Notes under the pieces: generated by a model | What the model saw: only the letters and a program-made list of their open reading frames with translations | Databases searched by the model: none | Told to the model about the DNA's origin: nothing | Source of the DNA: Mobula hypostoma | Lineage: Eukaryota | Assembly (NCBI RefSeq): GCF_963921235.1 | Contig: NC_086097.1 | Span: 7,874,001 to 7,938,000 of the forward strand | Direction: 5' to 3' | DNA: 64,000 bases | In this document: positions 13,155 through 25,629 of the stretch, piece by piece | Numbering within the stretch: position 1 is the first letter of the stretch | Layout of the letters: each line of letters opens with the position of its first letter | Translations under genes and position numbers: made by a program

Positions 13155-14025
13155 AGATGTACCACGGACAGCATCCTAACCGGTTGCATCATCATCTGGT
13201 ATGGGGGGGGGTGACTGCACTGATTGGAAAAAGCTGCAGAATGTTACAAACTCAGCCACTTCCGTCATGAACATTAGCCTCCCCAGCATCAAGAAAATCT
13301 TCAAAAGGCGATGTCTGAAAAAGGAGGCATCTATCATTAAGTATCCCCGTCACCCAGGACATGCCCCCTTTTCATTGCTACCATCAAGGAGGCGTGCTGG
13401 AGCCTGAAGACACACACTCAGTGTTTCAGAAACAGGCTATTCCCCTCCATGGGACGGGATGGACGATGAATCAATGAACAATATCTCATTTGTTTTTTGC
13501 TCTTATTTTGCACTTGTTTGTTTGTCGTGTGTGGCGTCGTACGACGCGGGTGATAGTGATCTTTCCACGATCATGATTGCTCTTGGGAAATTTTTCTGCA
13601 GAAGTGGTTTGCCATTTCCTTCTGCTGGTTGCTGTCTTTACAAGATGGGTGACCCCAGCCATCATCAATACTCTTGAGAGATTGTCTGCCTGGCGTCAGT
13701 GGGCGCATAACAAGGACTTGTGATGTATACCAGCTGCTCATACGACTATCACATGGCTTCACATGGCCCTGAGCAGGGGGCTAAGCAGGACTACACCTTT
13801 CCCAAGGGTGACCTGCAGTCTAGCGGAGGGAAGGAGCACCTTACACCTCCTTCGGTGGAGATATAACTCAACCCCACTACTTTACTTATTTAATCAAATT
13901 TATATACGTATATATTTCTTATTGTAATTTATAGATTTTTATTTTGTATTGCAATGCACTGCTGCCACAGAACAATAAATTTCATGACATATGCCAGTGG
14001 TATTAAACCGGATTGTGATTCTGAA
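13155..14025 (+). mobile_element. Rex1/Babar-like 3' fragment interrupted by a SINE
   Basis: KKLQNV..LPSI..RCLKK..HPGHAPFSLLPS; ATTAAACC...GATTCTGA tail. Confidence 0.75.
13522..13878 (-). mobile_element. About 360-bp SINE-like repeat (RTE-type GGCAAACCACT motif)
   Basis: Homologous copies at about 34110-34320, 36507-36878 and 50135-50512. Confidence 0.7.
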
Positions 14026-14544
14026 ACTGTTTTAATTTATTCCCCAGACCTCCCTTCAGGAAGTCAAGGGCATGAATGGTACCATGTTTGCATTAAACTG
14101 GTTGGCCCTGATTCAATAATTACAAGGCAAGCAAAACTATCAGCATTGCTGTAATTAAACTTTGAAACAGACATCAACATCTGCCAACTGCACACGTGCA
14201 GTTTAATGGGGAAATCCAGATGTTACACTCTGTGACATTCTCCTCCCCTGTTCTGTTACACCCTGTAAAAAAGAATCACTTTGAAACAACTGGTATGAGG
14301 AGAACCTCAATATTCCATGCAGTATTTTCACTTTGCAAACCACTGAACATATAATACGTTACTGAAGTAATTCTAGTTAAATTTTGACATTTTATGCTAA
14401 ACTTCTGTTCCAACAAAACTAATTGCATACAGTATGTTGTGCATAAATCATTTTAAGAATCATGTTGAAACTCAATGAAGCAACTCAAACTCTTCTTTTG
14501 GTTTACAAAGTTTGTTCAATATATTTATTTTATCATAATATAAC

Positions 14545-15010
14545 TTAGAACAATGCAGCACATGAACAGGCCATTCGGCCCATAATGTTGTGCTGAACCA
14601 ATTAAATTAGCTATCATATGGCCAACTAAACTAATCTCTTCTGCCCACACAATGTTCACATCTCTCCATTTTCTTTAAATTCATGTGCCTATCTAAATGT
14701 CTCTTAAACGTCCCTAAAGTATCGGCCTCTACCACCACCCCAGTCAGCACATTCCAGCACCCACAACTCTCTGTGTAAAAAAAACTTGTCCCTCACATCT
14801 CCTCTAAAACTGCTCCCTCTCATCTTAAATGCACGCCCTCTGGTATTAGACATTTCAACCCTGGGGACAAGATACTCTCTGTCTCCTCTATTTATTCCTC
14901 TCATAATCTTATAAACTCTATCAGATCTGCCCTTAGCCTCTGCCGCTCCAGAAAAACAACCCAACTTTGTCCGAGCTCTGTTATAGCACATGTCCTCTAA
15001 TCCAGCATAA
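14545..15010 (-). mobile_element. CR1 3' fragment
   Basis: YKIMRGINRGDREYLVPRVEMSNTRG motif and CR1 3' hairpin UTR. Confidence 0.85.
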
Positions 15011-15298
15011 TTCCCCATATGCTCCAGTCCGTGTTTTGTGCCTCTTAAACAATGGTTAAAAGGCAGAACTTTTTGCTTCTTCTGATCTTGTTTTATTCTG
15101 CTGTTCAGACAAATAAATAATATCAGGGTGACTGAATGTCATGGATCCACTGCAGAAGACACCCCACAGCAATTTAAAGTTAACCAAAACAGAAATCTCT
15201 GGAAGCGAGCTGCAGATTAACTTCAATCTTCAACTTTACCACAGATATTCTGGCCACAATCTTCTGAAGTTATTGCCTCCCACTGTCCTTCAGACTCC

Positions 15299-16040
15299 AG
15301 CATTTTCCATACTCGGGAGAGAACGTAGGAGAGCGGGACTTCGCATTTTTCCCCCGTAGATACTTGTTGACTTGTCCAATGTTCCCATCATTTTCCAGAC
15401 TCAGGAGTGAACATGGGAGAACCTGATCCTATTTCTCCCCCCATGAATTCCTCCTGACTTGTCAAATGTTTTCAGCCGAATCAGAATCAGGTTTAATATC
15501 ACTGGCATACTGCATGTCGTGAAATTTGTTAACTTAACAGCAGCGGTACAGTGCAATGCGTGGTAATATAGAAAAATAAATAAGTAATTTAATTATAGTA
15601 AGCAGATTTATGTATATTAAATCACCAAATTAAAAGTAGTGCAAAAATAGAAAAAATATAATAACGTGAGGTAGTGTTCATGGGTTCAATGTCTATTTAG
15701 GAATCAGATGGCAGAGGGGAAGAAGCTGTTTCTGAATCGCTGCATATGTTCTTTTGGACTTCTGTACCTGCCTCCTGATGGTAACAATGAGAAGAAGGTA
15801 TGTCCTGGGTAATGGGGGTCTTTAACAATGGAGCATTTTCCAAAGTCAGGTACGAACATGGGAGAGCATGACTTTATATTTCTCCTGATGGATACTTGTT
15901 AAATTGTCAAATGTTTCCACTATTTCCATACTCGGAAGTGAATGTGGGAAAGCCTGACTCCATATCTCTCCTCGTCAATACTTGTTAACTTGTCAAATGT
16001 CTCCTACAGCTTTGTTTGGAATATCCAGCATTTGCAGATT
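15299..16040 (+). repeat. Four about 88-bp tandem units, split by a Rex1-like insertion (15478-15831, minus)
   Basis: Units begin CATTTTCCA at 15301, 15389, 15834 and about 15920. Confidence 0.75.
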
Positions 16041-16199
16041 TTGGCTCTGGCAACAGCAGCCTGACCCCACAGAATCCATTGATGCTTTTTGGGTAGCGTT
16101 TATTGAGATCAGCAGTGAGTTCCTTTATTTCTCCCTTTTTTCATTTATTGCTCTCCAATTCTGCCTGTAGGTGTCTTTAGCTTGATCCAATTATTTTAT

Positions 16200-16670
16200 T
16201 TTATTTAGAGATAGAGTGTGGAATAGGCCCTGTCAGCCCAACAAGCTGCACCATTCAGCAACCTACTTATTTAACCCGAGCCTAACCACAGGACAATTTA
16301 CAATGACCGAATAACCCACTAAGTCAACTAATGGTATATTGGCATCAGCACCAGACTTTGAGGTGAGTGATCCAGAGTTTGAATCCGGCCGGCTCCTCGC
16401 AGGCTTTCTATCCATGCTGGGTTGAGCGTCGAGCCAGCGACTGGGCCTCATTAAAAAAAACAGCCAAGGTTGCCCCATGATGCAACACAAGATGTGGAAA
16501 GGAACAAATATTAACCAACTAACTGGCACATTTTTGGACCGTGCGAGGAAATTGGAGCACCTAGTGAAAACCCCCACACACATGAAGAGAATGTATAAAC
16601 TCAGTTTCCAATGGCACCAGAATTGAACTCTTAACTCTGTAATCGACTTGTGCTAACCGCCACACTACTG
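16200..16670 (-). mobile_element. V-SINE/HE1-like SINE with a nested tRNA-headed SINE (16323-16511, plus)
   Basis: V-domain-like core and CR1-like tail; nested element has a B-box-like GTTTGAATCC and an approximate TSD TAACC(C/A)ACTAA. More copies at about 29222-29480, 33278-33770, 38580-38805, 41650-41990, 45710-45985, 52040-52350, 52550-52900 and 55130-55405. Confidence 0.7.
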
Positions 16671-16881
16671 GACTTGGTCTTAACAGCTTATTCATAAAGT
16701 TTCAATACATTTTGAAATAAGCCTGACATTGTTAATAGGCACAATAGTTTGCCTATGTCAATTATTCCATGTGGAATATAGTGTGACTGCATTGTGGCTA
16801 GAGGCCTTCCCTGCTTATCTAAGTCATTCCATCCTGACTGGGGCCCACATAACTGATATTAAGTGACATCAGTATTTTTAT

Positions 16882-17296
16882 TGTCATAATCCTTCTGGGC
16901 CCCTGCGGCTTGCCGTTGACTGTTGGGCTTCTAGATTTCTTGAGGACCTGTCTTTACTAATTGCTACCTTAACTAGAGCTGTTAAACCCTTGTCCTTGCT
17001 GTTCAATCTTGTCAAGTTGATTGTGACTGTCAGGGGTTTCTCGCAATCTATGGTTATTTAAAGGGGACTCTCGTTTAACGCTGCAGCAGAGTCCTTGTAT
17101 TTGTGGAGAATTATTTGTTTCACAGTGTCACTTGGTCGTGCCTCAAAGATTCAAAGATATAAAGCACATTTATTACCAAGGTATGTATGCAGTATTGTTG
17201 GCATTCGTATGTATAACCTCTTGTCTCCATCTCTTTGTGGGGAGTTTGCTGTTCCTCTGCTCCTGGGTTGAGTTGTTGCCAGTGCTCACCTTGACA
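16882..17296 (+). mobile_element. Old LTR-like repeat
   Basis: TGTCA...TGACA ends; homologous to 55467-56485; no TSD visible. Confidence 0.5.
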
Positions 17297-17329
17297 GAAC
17301 CGGCCATTCCTCCAGTCCTTCCTGTGACA

Positions 17330-17830
17330 TACCATTGAGAGTGTTCTGACAAGCTCCATACAAAGGACTGTGAGAATGGCCGAGAGGACCACAGGGGTCT
17401 CCCTACCGTTCATCGGGGACATTTATCAGGAGTGCTGTGTATGCAGGGCCCTTAGTATTATTAAGGATCTCACCCATCCATCCAGCATCGTCTTTGACTT
17501 TCTACCATCAGGCAGGAGACTCCGATGCATAAAGACAAGAACGGTCAGGATGGGAAACAGCTTCTCCCCCCAGGCCATTAGGCTTCTGAACTCCACGCCA
17601 CATTGCATCTAAAGTGTCACCAGTTACTCTGTTCCAAACCTGACAATATTTAATTTGTCCACTTTACTTTGTTCATTTATGTATCATTCATATGTAGATT
17701 TTATCCTTACTTTCGTAAGTTATTGTGTGTTATGTGTACTATGGTGTTTTACACCCTGGTTCGGAGAAACGTCTCGATTGACGGTATACATGTATATAGT
17801 TAAATGACAATAAACTTGACTTGATTTGAT
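17330..17830 (+). mobile_element. Rex1/Babar-like 3' fragment
   Basis: IIKDLTHP..FDFLPSGRRLR..NSFSPQAIRLLN; (CTTGA)n tail. Similar copies at 21130-21780, 30790-32140 and 42130-42710. Confidence 0.85.
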
Positions 17831-18819
17831 TAGTGGACTGTAGTCAAATGAAATCAGGTAGACACACTACATTGTTGTCATTATTCAGTGTGAATCGAAG
17901 TAAAGATATTTTCTTCCTTGGAGAACAAACCATTTTTCAGCCTGAAGTACTTGAGGACAGAACTTACCAGTGAGACATAACAATATAAGCTCCATTGTCA
18001 AACTGACATTTCTGGCAGTATTCTGTCTAAGGTCATTTGCCATTCTCAAAGCAGGTGGCAATTTATATATCTATTTTCATAGAAAACCTGTAGCTGAGAA
18101 GGAAATGCCCTTCAATAAATGTCAGGTGTCTGTGCTAAGATCCATAGAAACAATAGCCTTAAAAGTGGGTCTTTGACAAATCCAGAAAATGTGACTGTCT
18201 CTTCTGTGTTCCTTGTCATCTTCACCTTCCACCAAGCAAGAGGAGGACACTAAATACAGATAGCAGTGAGCTGTCCATCAGGAAAACAGCCTGACAGATT
18301 TTGTCTCCTGACAAACAAGAACCTGAACAATCTCTTAGCTGTCAGCTTAGGAGTTTTATTGTTGAGCACCAACAATTTTCAATTTCTGAGGGCTAAACTA
18401 GACCACCTGCTTAAAAGCCCTATGGCAATCATATGATAGATAGTTCCAGACACGGGCCTCTGAAATCAATGCTTCCTGCTATGCAATGGATAACCTTCGG
18501 GCTACTCCACTTCCCACTCTCAAGAGTGAAAGAGAGAGGTTCAAGATTCAAGATCGAAGATTGTTTAATGTCACTTCCACTGCATAAGTGTAAAGGAGAA
18601 TTATTGTTACTCCAGATCTGATGCAGCACAAAAAAAAACACAAAATAAGATAAAGGACACAATAATTAAAAATATATAATGAATTTAAATACATAAGACA
18701 ACTTATATACATAGATTGATCAACTTTACGAACTGTAATCAATCTATGTATATAAGCTATTTTATGCATTTAGTGTATATGTATTGTGATTTATTATTAT
18801 TGTGCTTTATATCTTATTA

Positions 18820-19287
18820 GTCATAGTCATACTCATAGTCATACTTTATTGATCCCAGGGGAAACTGATTTTCGTTACAGTTGCACCATAAATAATTAAA
18901 TAATAATAAAACCATAAATAGTTAAATAGTAATATGTAAATTATGCCAGGAAATAAGTCCAGGACCAGCCTATTGGCTCAGGGTGTCTGACCCTCCAAGG
19001 AAGGAGTTGTAAAGTTTGATGGCCACAGGCAGGAATGACTTCCTATGTGCTGCATCTCGGTGGAATGAGTCTCTGGCTGAATGTACTCCTGTGCCCAACC
19101 AGTCCATTATGTAGTGGATGGGAGACATTTGTCCAAGATGGCATGCAACTTAGACAGCATCCTCTTTTCAGACACCACTGTCAAAGAGCCCAGTTCCAAC
19201 CCCACAACATCACTGGCCTTACGAATGAGTTTGTTGATTCTGTTGGTGTCTGCTACCTGCCCTCAGCCTGCTGCCCCAGCACACAAC
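18820..19287 (-). mobile_element. Young Rex1 3' fragment nested in an older Rex1-like copy (about 18540-20070)
   Basis: Near-identical to 43119-43590; (CTATGA)n tail. Confidence 0.88.
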
Positions 19288-20077
19288 TGTACATAAGGTG
19301 ACTCTGACAGGAAATGATAGAGTAGAGATGGTGGTGGGGGGTGTGGAGGGGTGGGTTAGTGGGTGGATGTGTTGAACAGCCTTCCTGTTTGGGGAAAGTA
19401 TCTGTTTTGGAGTCTGGTAGTCCAGGCGTGGATGTTACATGGCCTCCAGCCTGATGGGAGTAGGACAAACAGTTCATGAGCAGGGTGCGTGGGATCTTTC
19501 ATGATTTTGCTGGCGTTTTTCCATCACCTTACAAAATATACCATATGTCCTTGATGGTGGGTAGGCTGGTGCTGGTGATGCAGTGGATAGTTTGACTACC
19601 AATTGTAGAGATTCTTGTCCACCCTCGTGCAGTTTCCATACCATGCAGTGATGCAGCTTGTTAGGATGTTCCCTACTGCACATCTCTAAAAGGTCATGAA
19701 TATTGATGTACAAAGTCTAACCTTCTTTAGCCTCCTCAGAAATTAGAGGAATTGTTGAGTTTTCTTGATTGTGTAGAATGTGTTTTGGAACGATGCGAGG
19801 CGGTGCAAGATATGCACTCCCATAACATTGAAATTGCTCGCCGATGTAAAGAGGGGTGTGAGTAGTACAAGTTTTCCTGGAGTAGATAACCATCTCATTT
19901 GCCTTGCTGTCAATGAGAAACAGGTTATTTACCTGGAACCAGACCTTGAATTTCCCAGCTCCCTCTCTCTAACCGTTTCAGCATCACTGGTGATGAGCTC
20001 CACCACTATTGTATCATTGTTGGACAGTGTATGTGTGAAAACAGAGTGTATAGCAGTGGGATCAGCACACATTCTGA

Positions 20078-20455
20078 GGGGAGGGTAGATAGAGTGGACA
20101 GCCAGTGCCTCTTCCCCAGGGCATTAATAGATAGAGTGGACAGCCAGCGCCTCTTCCCCAGGGCACCACTGCTCAATACAAGAGGACATGGCTTTAATGT
20201 AAGGGGTGGGAAGTTCAAGGGGGATATTAGAGGAAGGTTTTTTACTCAGAGAGTGGTTGGTGCGTGGAATGCACTGCCTGAGTCAGTGGTGGAGGCAGAT
20301 ACACTCGTGAAGTTTAAGAGACTACTAGACAGGTATATGGAGGAATTTAAGGTGGGGGCTTATATGGGAGGCAGGGTTTGAGGGTCGGCACAACATTGTG
20401 GGCCGAAGGGCCTGTACTGTGCTGTACTATTCTATGTTCAATGTTCTATGTTCTA
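20078..20455 (+). mobile_element. CR1 3' fragment with a 38-bp tandem duplication at its 5' junction
   Basis: DRVDSQxLFPRA is repeated twice; FFTQRVVGAWNALP; (TTCTATG)n tail. Confidence 0.9.
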
Positions 20456-20539
20456 TTAAGTTGACCCATCAGGACAGACTAAAAATCTTGCACGCCTTGT
20501 GTTGACTTCATCTGTATGCTATAATCAATTTTTTTTTTC

Positions 20540-21001
20540 AAGATTCAAAAAACTTTATTGTCATTCTAACCGTACATCAGCTCTGCAGGGCAGAATGAGA
20601 CAGCGTTCCTCAGGGGCAGTGCAATCATAACATAACAAACACAACACTAAATAATAAACATAACAATAAATAGTAAAACACAACAGCCACATGTCAGTTA
20701 AATCAGTTATAAGTGTCCAGTGCAAGTTAAAAGTGTCCAAAGCAGAGTCAGGTAGAGCAGCTATTTAGCAGTCTGACTGCCTGTGGGAGGAAGCTGTTTA
20801 GTAGCCTTGTGGTTTTAGTTTTGATGCTCCTGAAATGTTTACCTGATGGCAGAAGAACAAACAGTTCGTGGAGAGGGTGTGAGGGGTCTTTAATGATGTA
20901 CCGTGTCTTCTGGAGGCATCGACTCTGAAAAAGATCTTGGACAGAAGGTAGGGAGACCCCAATAACCTTCTCTGCTCCCCTAACCACCCTCTGCAAGGCT
21001 T
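20540..21001 (-). mobile_element. Rex1/Babar 3' fragment
   Basis: ORF 20748-20996 QRVVRGAEKVIG..IIKDPSHPLH..LPSGK..NSFLPQAVRLLN. Confidence 0.88.
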
Positions 21002-23746
21002 TACTTAAAGATGAGATTTCAGATGTATTTTAAGAAAGAGATTTATTAAATGGCTCATTTTCAGAGCAAGGTGCGATGTATGTAATTAAGTATTTATTGC
21101 AGGCTGGAGAATCAATATCACCTGGTCCCTTAATATCACCTCCCTGAACAAGAAGGCACAGCAGCACCTCCAATTCCTGATGAGATTAAGTCAAATGAGG
21201 CTCCCCCACGTGCTCCCCCCACCTCTGCACCATCTCCTGAATTTTACAGGAGCACTATTAAGAGAGTTCTGACAAGCTGCATCTCCATCTGGTATGGGAG
21301 CAGCCGCGCATCGGACTAGAAGCCCCAACAAAGGACTGTGAGAACAGCCGAGAGGATCGTAGAGGTCTCCCTCCCATCGGGGACATTTATCAGGAGCTCT
21401 GCATACACAGGTCCCTTAGTATTATCAGGGATTCTACCCATCCATCCAGCATCCTCTTTGACTTTCTACCATCAGGCAGGAGACTCGATATATAAAGACG
21501 AGAATGGTCAGGATGGGAAACAGTTTCTTTCCTCAGGCCATTAGGCTTCTAAACTTCCTGCCATATCGAAATTGAAGTGTCACCAGACAATTTGTACTGT
21601 CCCCTACAATATTTAATTTATGTACTTTTATTTGTTTGTATTTGAGTAATTCATTTACAGATGTAATTGTTACTTCCTAAGTTATTGTGTTTTATGTGTA
21701 CGACTGTGCTTTACACCCTGGCTCGGAGAACCGTCTCGTTTGATATAGTATATAGTTAAATGACAATAAACTTGACTTGTCATACTGTAATGCATTTCAA
21801 CACCCTTACCATCATAGTTGAACAATATTACTGTAGAATTACAATTTCTTTGATACTGTTCACATTCACTAGGTAAAGGATGTCATGGTAACCCAAGAGG
21901 CCTAAATAAGCAGACAGAGAGATTAGACTCATTGGGGGGATAATTAACCACCCAATGCATTCATTATAATTAAATGGAGAGAAAAGTGACAAATGAAAGG
22001 AAATGAACAATTTTGTTAATTAGATTTCATTGCTTTTTAAGAGTGGAGTGAATTATTGGGTGTCTACAGTGAGGACTGCCTGGGGGTGGGTGATGCAGTC
22101 AGTTAGAACCACAGCTGTCAACACTAGGGAGATGTTAAGAATGAGATTTATGACTGAAAAGAGTAAAAGAGATCACATTCTGTTTAAACATGTTAAGCTG
22201 GGTTTATCTTTAACAGTGAGATCCATTAATGCACTTGGATGAAGTAACTGGGTCTAACACTAAAAGCAATTTGAACAGTCTGCTAGGAAGAGAGCTGTAC
22301 ATAGTTCCAATTGGCTGTGTCACCTATGAGGTTTTTTTTGTGGACCGTTTACTTAAAGTGTGTTATCATTAACCGAAAGATGGTCTTTGGAGGTCTTAGC
22401 AGAAATTGTTTACTGCATGCTGGCAGATGTTCAACTTGGAATCTCACCTATGAGGCGATAGAGAAGATGAGAGACGGTAGGTTAAAAAAAGCAGTGTTTT
22501 ACTGTGATTGAAGTTCCAGCCTTCTGCTAGAGCAGTACATACAAAGTGCCGGAAAAACTCATCAGGTCAGGTAGTGTCTATGAAGGGAAACGAACAGCCA
22601 ATATTTTGGGCCAAGACCCTCTTTGTCCTTTGCGTAGTGGGCAGTGACCGCAGGTGTCAAAATTAGGAAAATCTATAGACTTTATGCTGTCCTTCGACAA
22701 CAAAAATAATAAATTCAAAACCATAACATTTGTAGTTCTACAGTTTTTGAAAATTACTGCTCATTATTCAAGATATAAAAACGCAGCTTAAAGGTCACCT
22801 AAGTATACGGATGAAGTGTAACTAAGGCTCAAAACATTACAGCAGATCGGTGCCTCCAGCATGCTGTAGGTCTGGTACGATAGAAACATACCAATGTATC
22901 CAAACTACACTCCCTTTGTCTGCAACTGCTTGCAGTTTTGCCAATTGCTTCCAGGTCTGATCAATAGCAACTGATTTTTTTTTCTATATGCAGGTGTTAG
23001 AATTTACCATCTCTGAGATGAGAGAAATTGTAATGGTCAAATTTCTTGTAAAAAGCATCCTGGATACTAACATTCACCTCCTGATTTTTAACAAGGCCAG
23101 CATTGAATAAATATTGTGGGAACAAATCAGCTTAGAGGTTAAATATTCATCTCTTACTGACTCAGCTCCTTTCTTTCTTCTACCTACAAGGCATGACACG
23201 AGTGTGATAGAATACTTGCTATTTTCTTGGGTGCAAATCCATAGCTCGTTGAAAGTAGCAACACAGGTAGATAACATTGTGAAGAAGGCACGTGGTGTGA
23301 TGATTTACCTGGGCCTAGGTACTAAATGTAAAAGTTGGCATAACATGTTGTGGCTATACAAAACATGAGTTCGATTGCCCTTGGAGTATCGTGCACATTT
23401 CTGATCACCACACTACAGGAAGTATGGGTTAGCATTAGTGAGATTACAGAAGAGATTCACTAGGGTGTTGCGTGGAATGGAAGGCTGTGGTTAAGTTCAG
23501 AGTTCAAAGTACATTTATAATTGAAATATTACATATGTACTACAGACAACCTTGAGTTTTGTCTTCTTGCAGGTAGCTAGAAAGAACCCATTAAAAAAAC
23601 CCACATAACAAAGACCATGAAACAAAAGAACATTTGGTGCAAACAATTAAAAAGAAAACAAATAACACACAGAACATGAACTACAGAGTCCCCAAGAGTG
23701 AGTCCGCAGCCATGGAGCCAGTACAGGAGCACAGGCCACAGTTGTG

Positions 23747-24190
23747 TTGGAGAAGCAACACCTCATATGCCATCTAGGTAGTCTCCAGCCCCTTGGTATG
23801 AACATAGAATTCTCCAACTTCCAGTGATTCCCTCCCCCTCCCTTCCCCTATCCCTATGTCACTTTGCGCCCCCCCCCCCAGCTGCCTATCTCCTCCCTCA
23901 TGGTTCCACCTCCTTCTACTACCCATTGTGCTTTCCCCTATTCCTTCTTCACCTTTCCTGCCTATCACCTCCCTGCTTCCCCTCCCCCACCCCTTTATCT
24001 TTCCCCTTACTGGTTTTTCACCTGGAATCTACCAGCCTTCTCCTTCCCACCCTCCCCCCACCTTCTTTATAGGGCCTCTGCCCCCTCCCTCTACAGTCCT
24101 GACGAAGGGTTCCGGCCCAAAACGTTGACTGATTGTTTCCACAGATGCTGCCCGACCTGTTGAGTTTCTCCCGCATGTTGTGAGTGTTAT
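23747..24190 (+). mobile_element. Penelope-like element 3' end: GIY-YIG C-terminus, pyrimidine-rich pLTR, mutated hammerhead
   Basis: 23747-23827 reads LEKQHLICHLGSLQPLGMNIEFSNFQ*; CTGACGA core at 24099. Confidence 0.85.
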
Positions 24191-24495
24191 TTTTTTGTGT
24201 TAGCTGTGGAATCAGTTCAGCATTGAGGTGAGTGAAACTGGTTCAGGAGCCGGATGGCAGCAGGCCATACCAGTTCAGCACTGAAGTGAGGGCCAACAGT
24301 TGCACAGTCACTTCAGCGCTGTACTGAGTAAACCTGATGGAGCAGTGAGATGAACACTGGTTACAAGGAGAGTTTGGGTAGGCTGGATTTTTTTTTCGCA
24401 CTGGAATGTGTGAGGTTGAGAGTAAACTTGGAGAGGTTTACAAAACTATCAGGGGGCTGAATAGGATTGTTTTCTCAGGGCAAGTGAGTCTAGAA

Positions 24496-24576
24496 CAAGG
24501 GTTCCCAACCTCATGTCCATGGACCCCCCTACTTGATGGTATTGATCCATGGCAGAAAAATGGTTGGGAACCCCTG
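24496..24576. mobile_element. About 80-bp hAT (Charlie-like) MITE
   Basis: TIRs CAAGGGTTCCCAACC...GGTTGGGAACCCCTG; 8-bp TSD GTCTAGAA/ATCTAGAA. Confidence 0.85.
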
Positions 24577-24847
24577 ATCTAGAACTGGTGGGCACAGATT
24601 CAAGGTGGGACAGGGGATTTTAAAGGAGACCTGATGGATATGTTTTTTTTTCCACACAGAGAGTGGTGGTATCTGAAACAAACGGCCAGACGAGGTTGTA
24701 AAGTCAAGACGGAATTATAAGATCTGGGAAGGATGGGAAAGGTGTATAGGCAGAAAGCAAGTAAATAGGATCAGCAACAGATAGGTGAGCACTAGACGGG
24801 CTGAAAGGCCTGCTTATATGCTGTAGTGCCTGTGACTGTTTTCTGAG

Positions 24848-25200
24848 AATCAGAATCAATTTTTAGTATCATTGGCATATGTTGTGAAAATTGTCATTTT
24901 GTGGCAGTGGTACAATGCAATACATAATAATAATAAACTATAAATTACTATATATATAATTAAATTAATTAAGTAGTGCAAAAAGAGAGAGAAAAACACA
25001 GTGAGGTAGTCTACATAGGTTCGTTGTCCTCTCAGCAAACTGGTGGCAGAGGGGAAGAAGCTGTTTGTAAGACAATGAGTATGTGTCTTCAGGCTCCTGT
25101 ACCTCCTTCTCGAGAGTAACAATGAGAAGAGGGAAGGTCCTGAGTGATGGGGGTCCTTAATGATCGATGCCACCTTTTTGAGGCATTGCCTTTTGAAAGT
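24848..25200 (-). mobile_element. Rex1/Babar-like 3' fragment
   Basis: ASIIKDPHHSGPSLFSLLLSRRRYRSLKTHT..NSFFPSA. Similar copies at 29915-30420 and 61245-61560. Confidence 0.85.
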
Positions 25201-25629
25201 GCATCACCAAGTTGGACCAAAGATGCCTATTTCTGTGCTGTAGTTTTATGACCAGATGTGGCTTTGAGTTTATGCTTGTGATGTTTCTTCTGCCCCTTAG
25301 TAATGACAGAGAAGTTTTAAGTTATAGGAGTCTGGGGTTATGTATGCAAACAATGTGGTCTACCCAGCACTGCCAAATGAACTCATCTGTAACCTTAGTA
25401 CTGGGGATATCAGCATGTTGATTCCCTTAACTTTGTAAAGACAGCAATGATGATATTTTACCAAAATTTCAAGCAATCTGCTTTCCATTGGAAATCTACC
25501 ACTTTAACCAAAATTTATCCACCAATCCTAATCTCTCCTTCGTGTGCTGAAATCAAAATTTACAGACTGTGTTATACCTTGCAGAGCTTCACTACAGTAG
25601 GAATATGTGATAGAACAATACTGTTGTTT

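Larger units (their letters stand above)
23215..24840 (+). mobile_element. Old CR1 fragment split by Rex1-like, Penelope and MITE insertions
   Basis: VQIHSSLKVATQVDNIVKKA...LYKT motif; the CR1 3' part resumes at about 24360. Confidence 0.75.

Noticed and set aside
13522..13878. HDV-like ribozyme at the SINE 5' end (also 46200-46615)
   Set aside because: I could not build a convincing P1-P4 double pseudoknot by eye; this needs a descriptor search.
14150..14270. Cys-rich minus-strand frame after an acceptor-like site (CNRTGEENVTECNIWISPLNCTC)
   Set aside because: Short, stops quickly, and has no recognised domain or partner exon.
8828..16040. CRISPR-like arrays (repeats at 8969-9190 and 15301-16000)
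   Set aside because: The spacers are homologous to one another, the context is eukaryotic, and there are no cas genes.
16323..16400. tRNA gene
   Set aside because: Degenerate tRNA-like SINE head with a tail and TSD; no full cloverleaf.
22970..23110. Strong polypyrimidine-AG acceptor followed by a 37-codon frame
   Set aside because: No convincing donor or homology.
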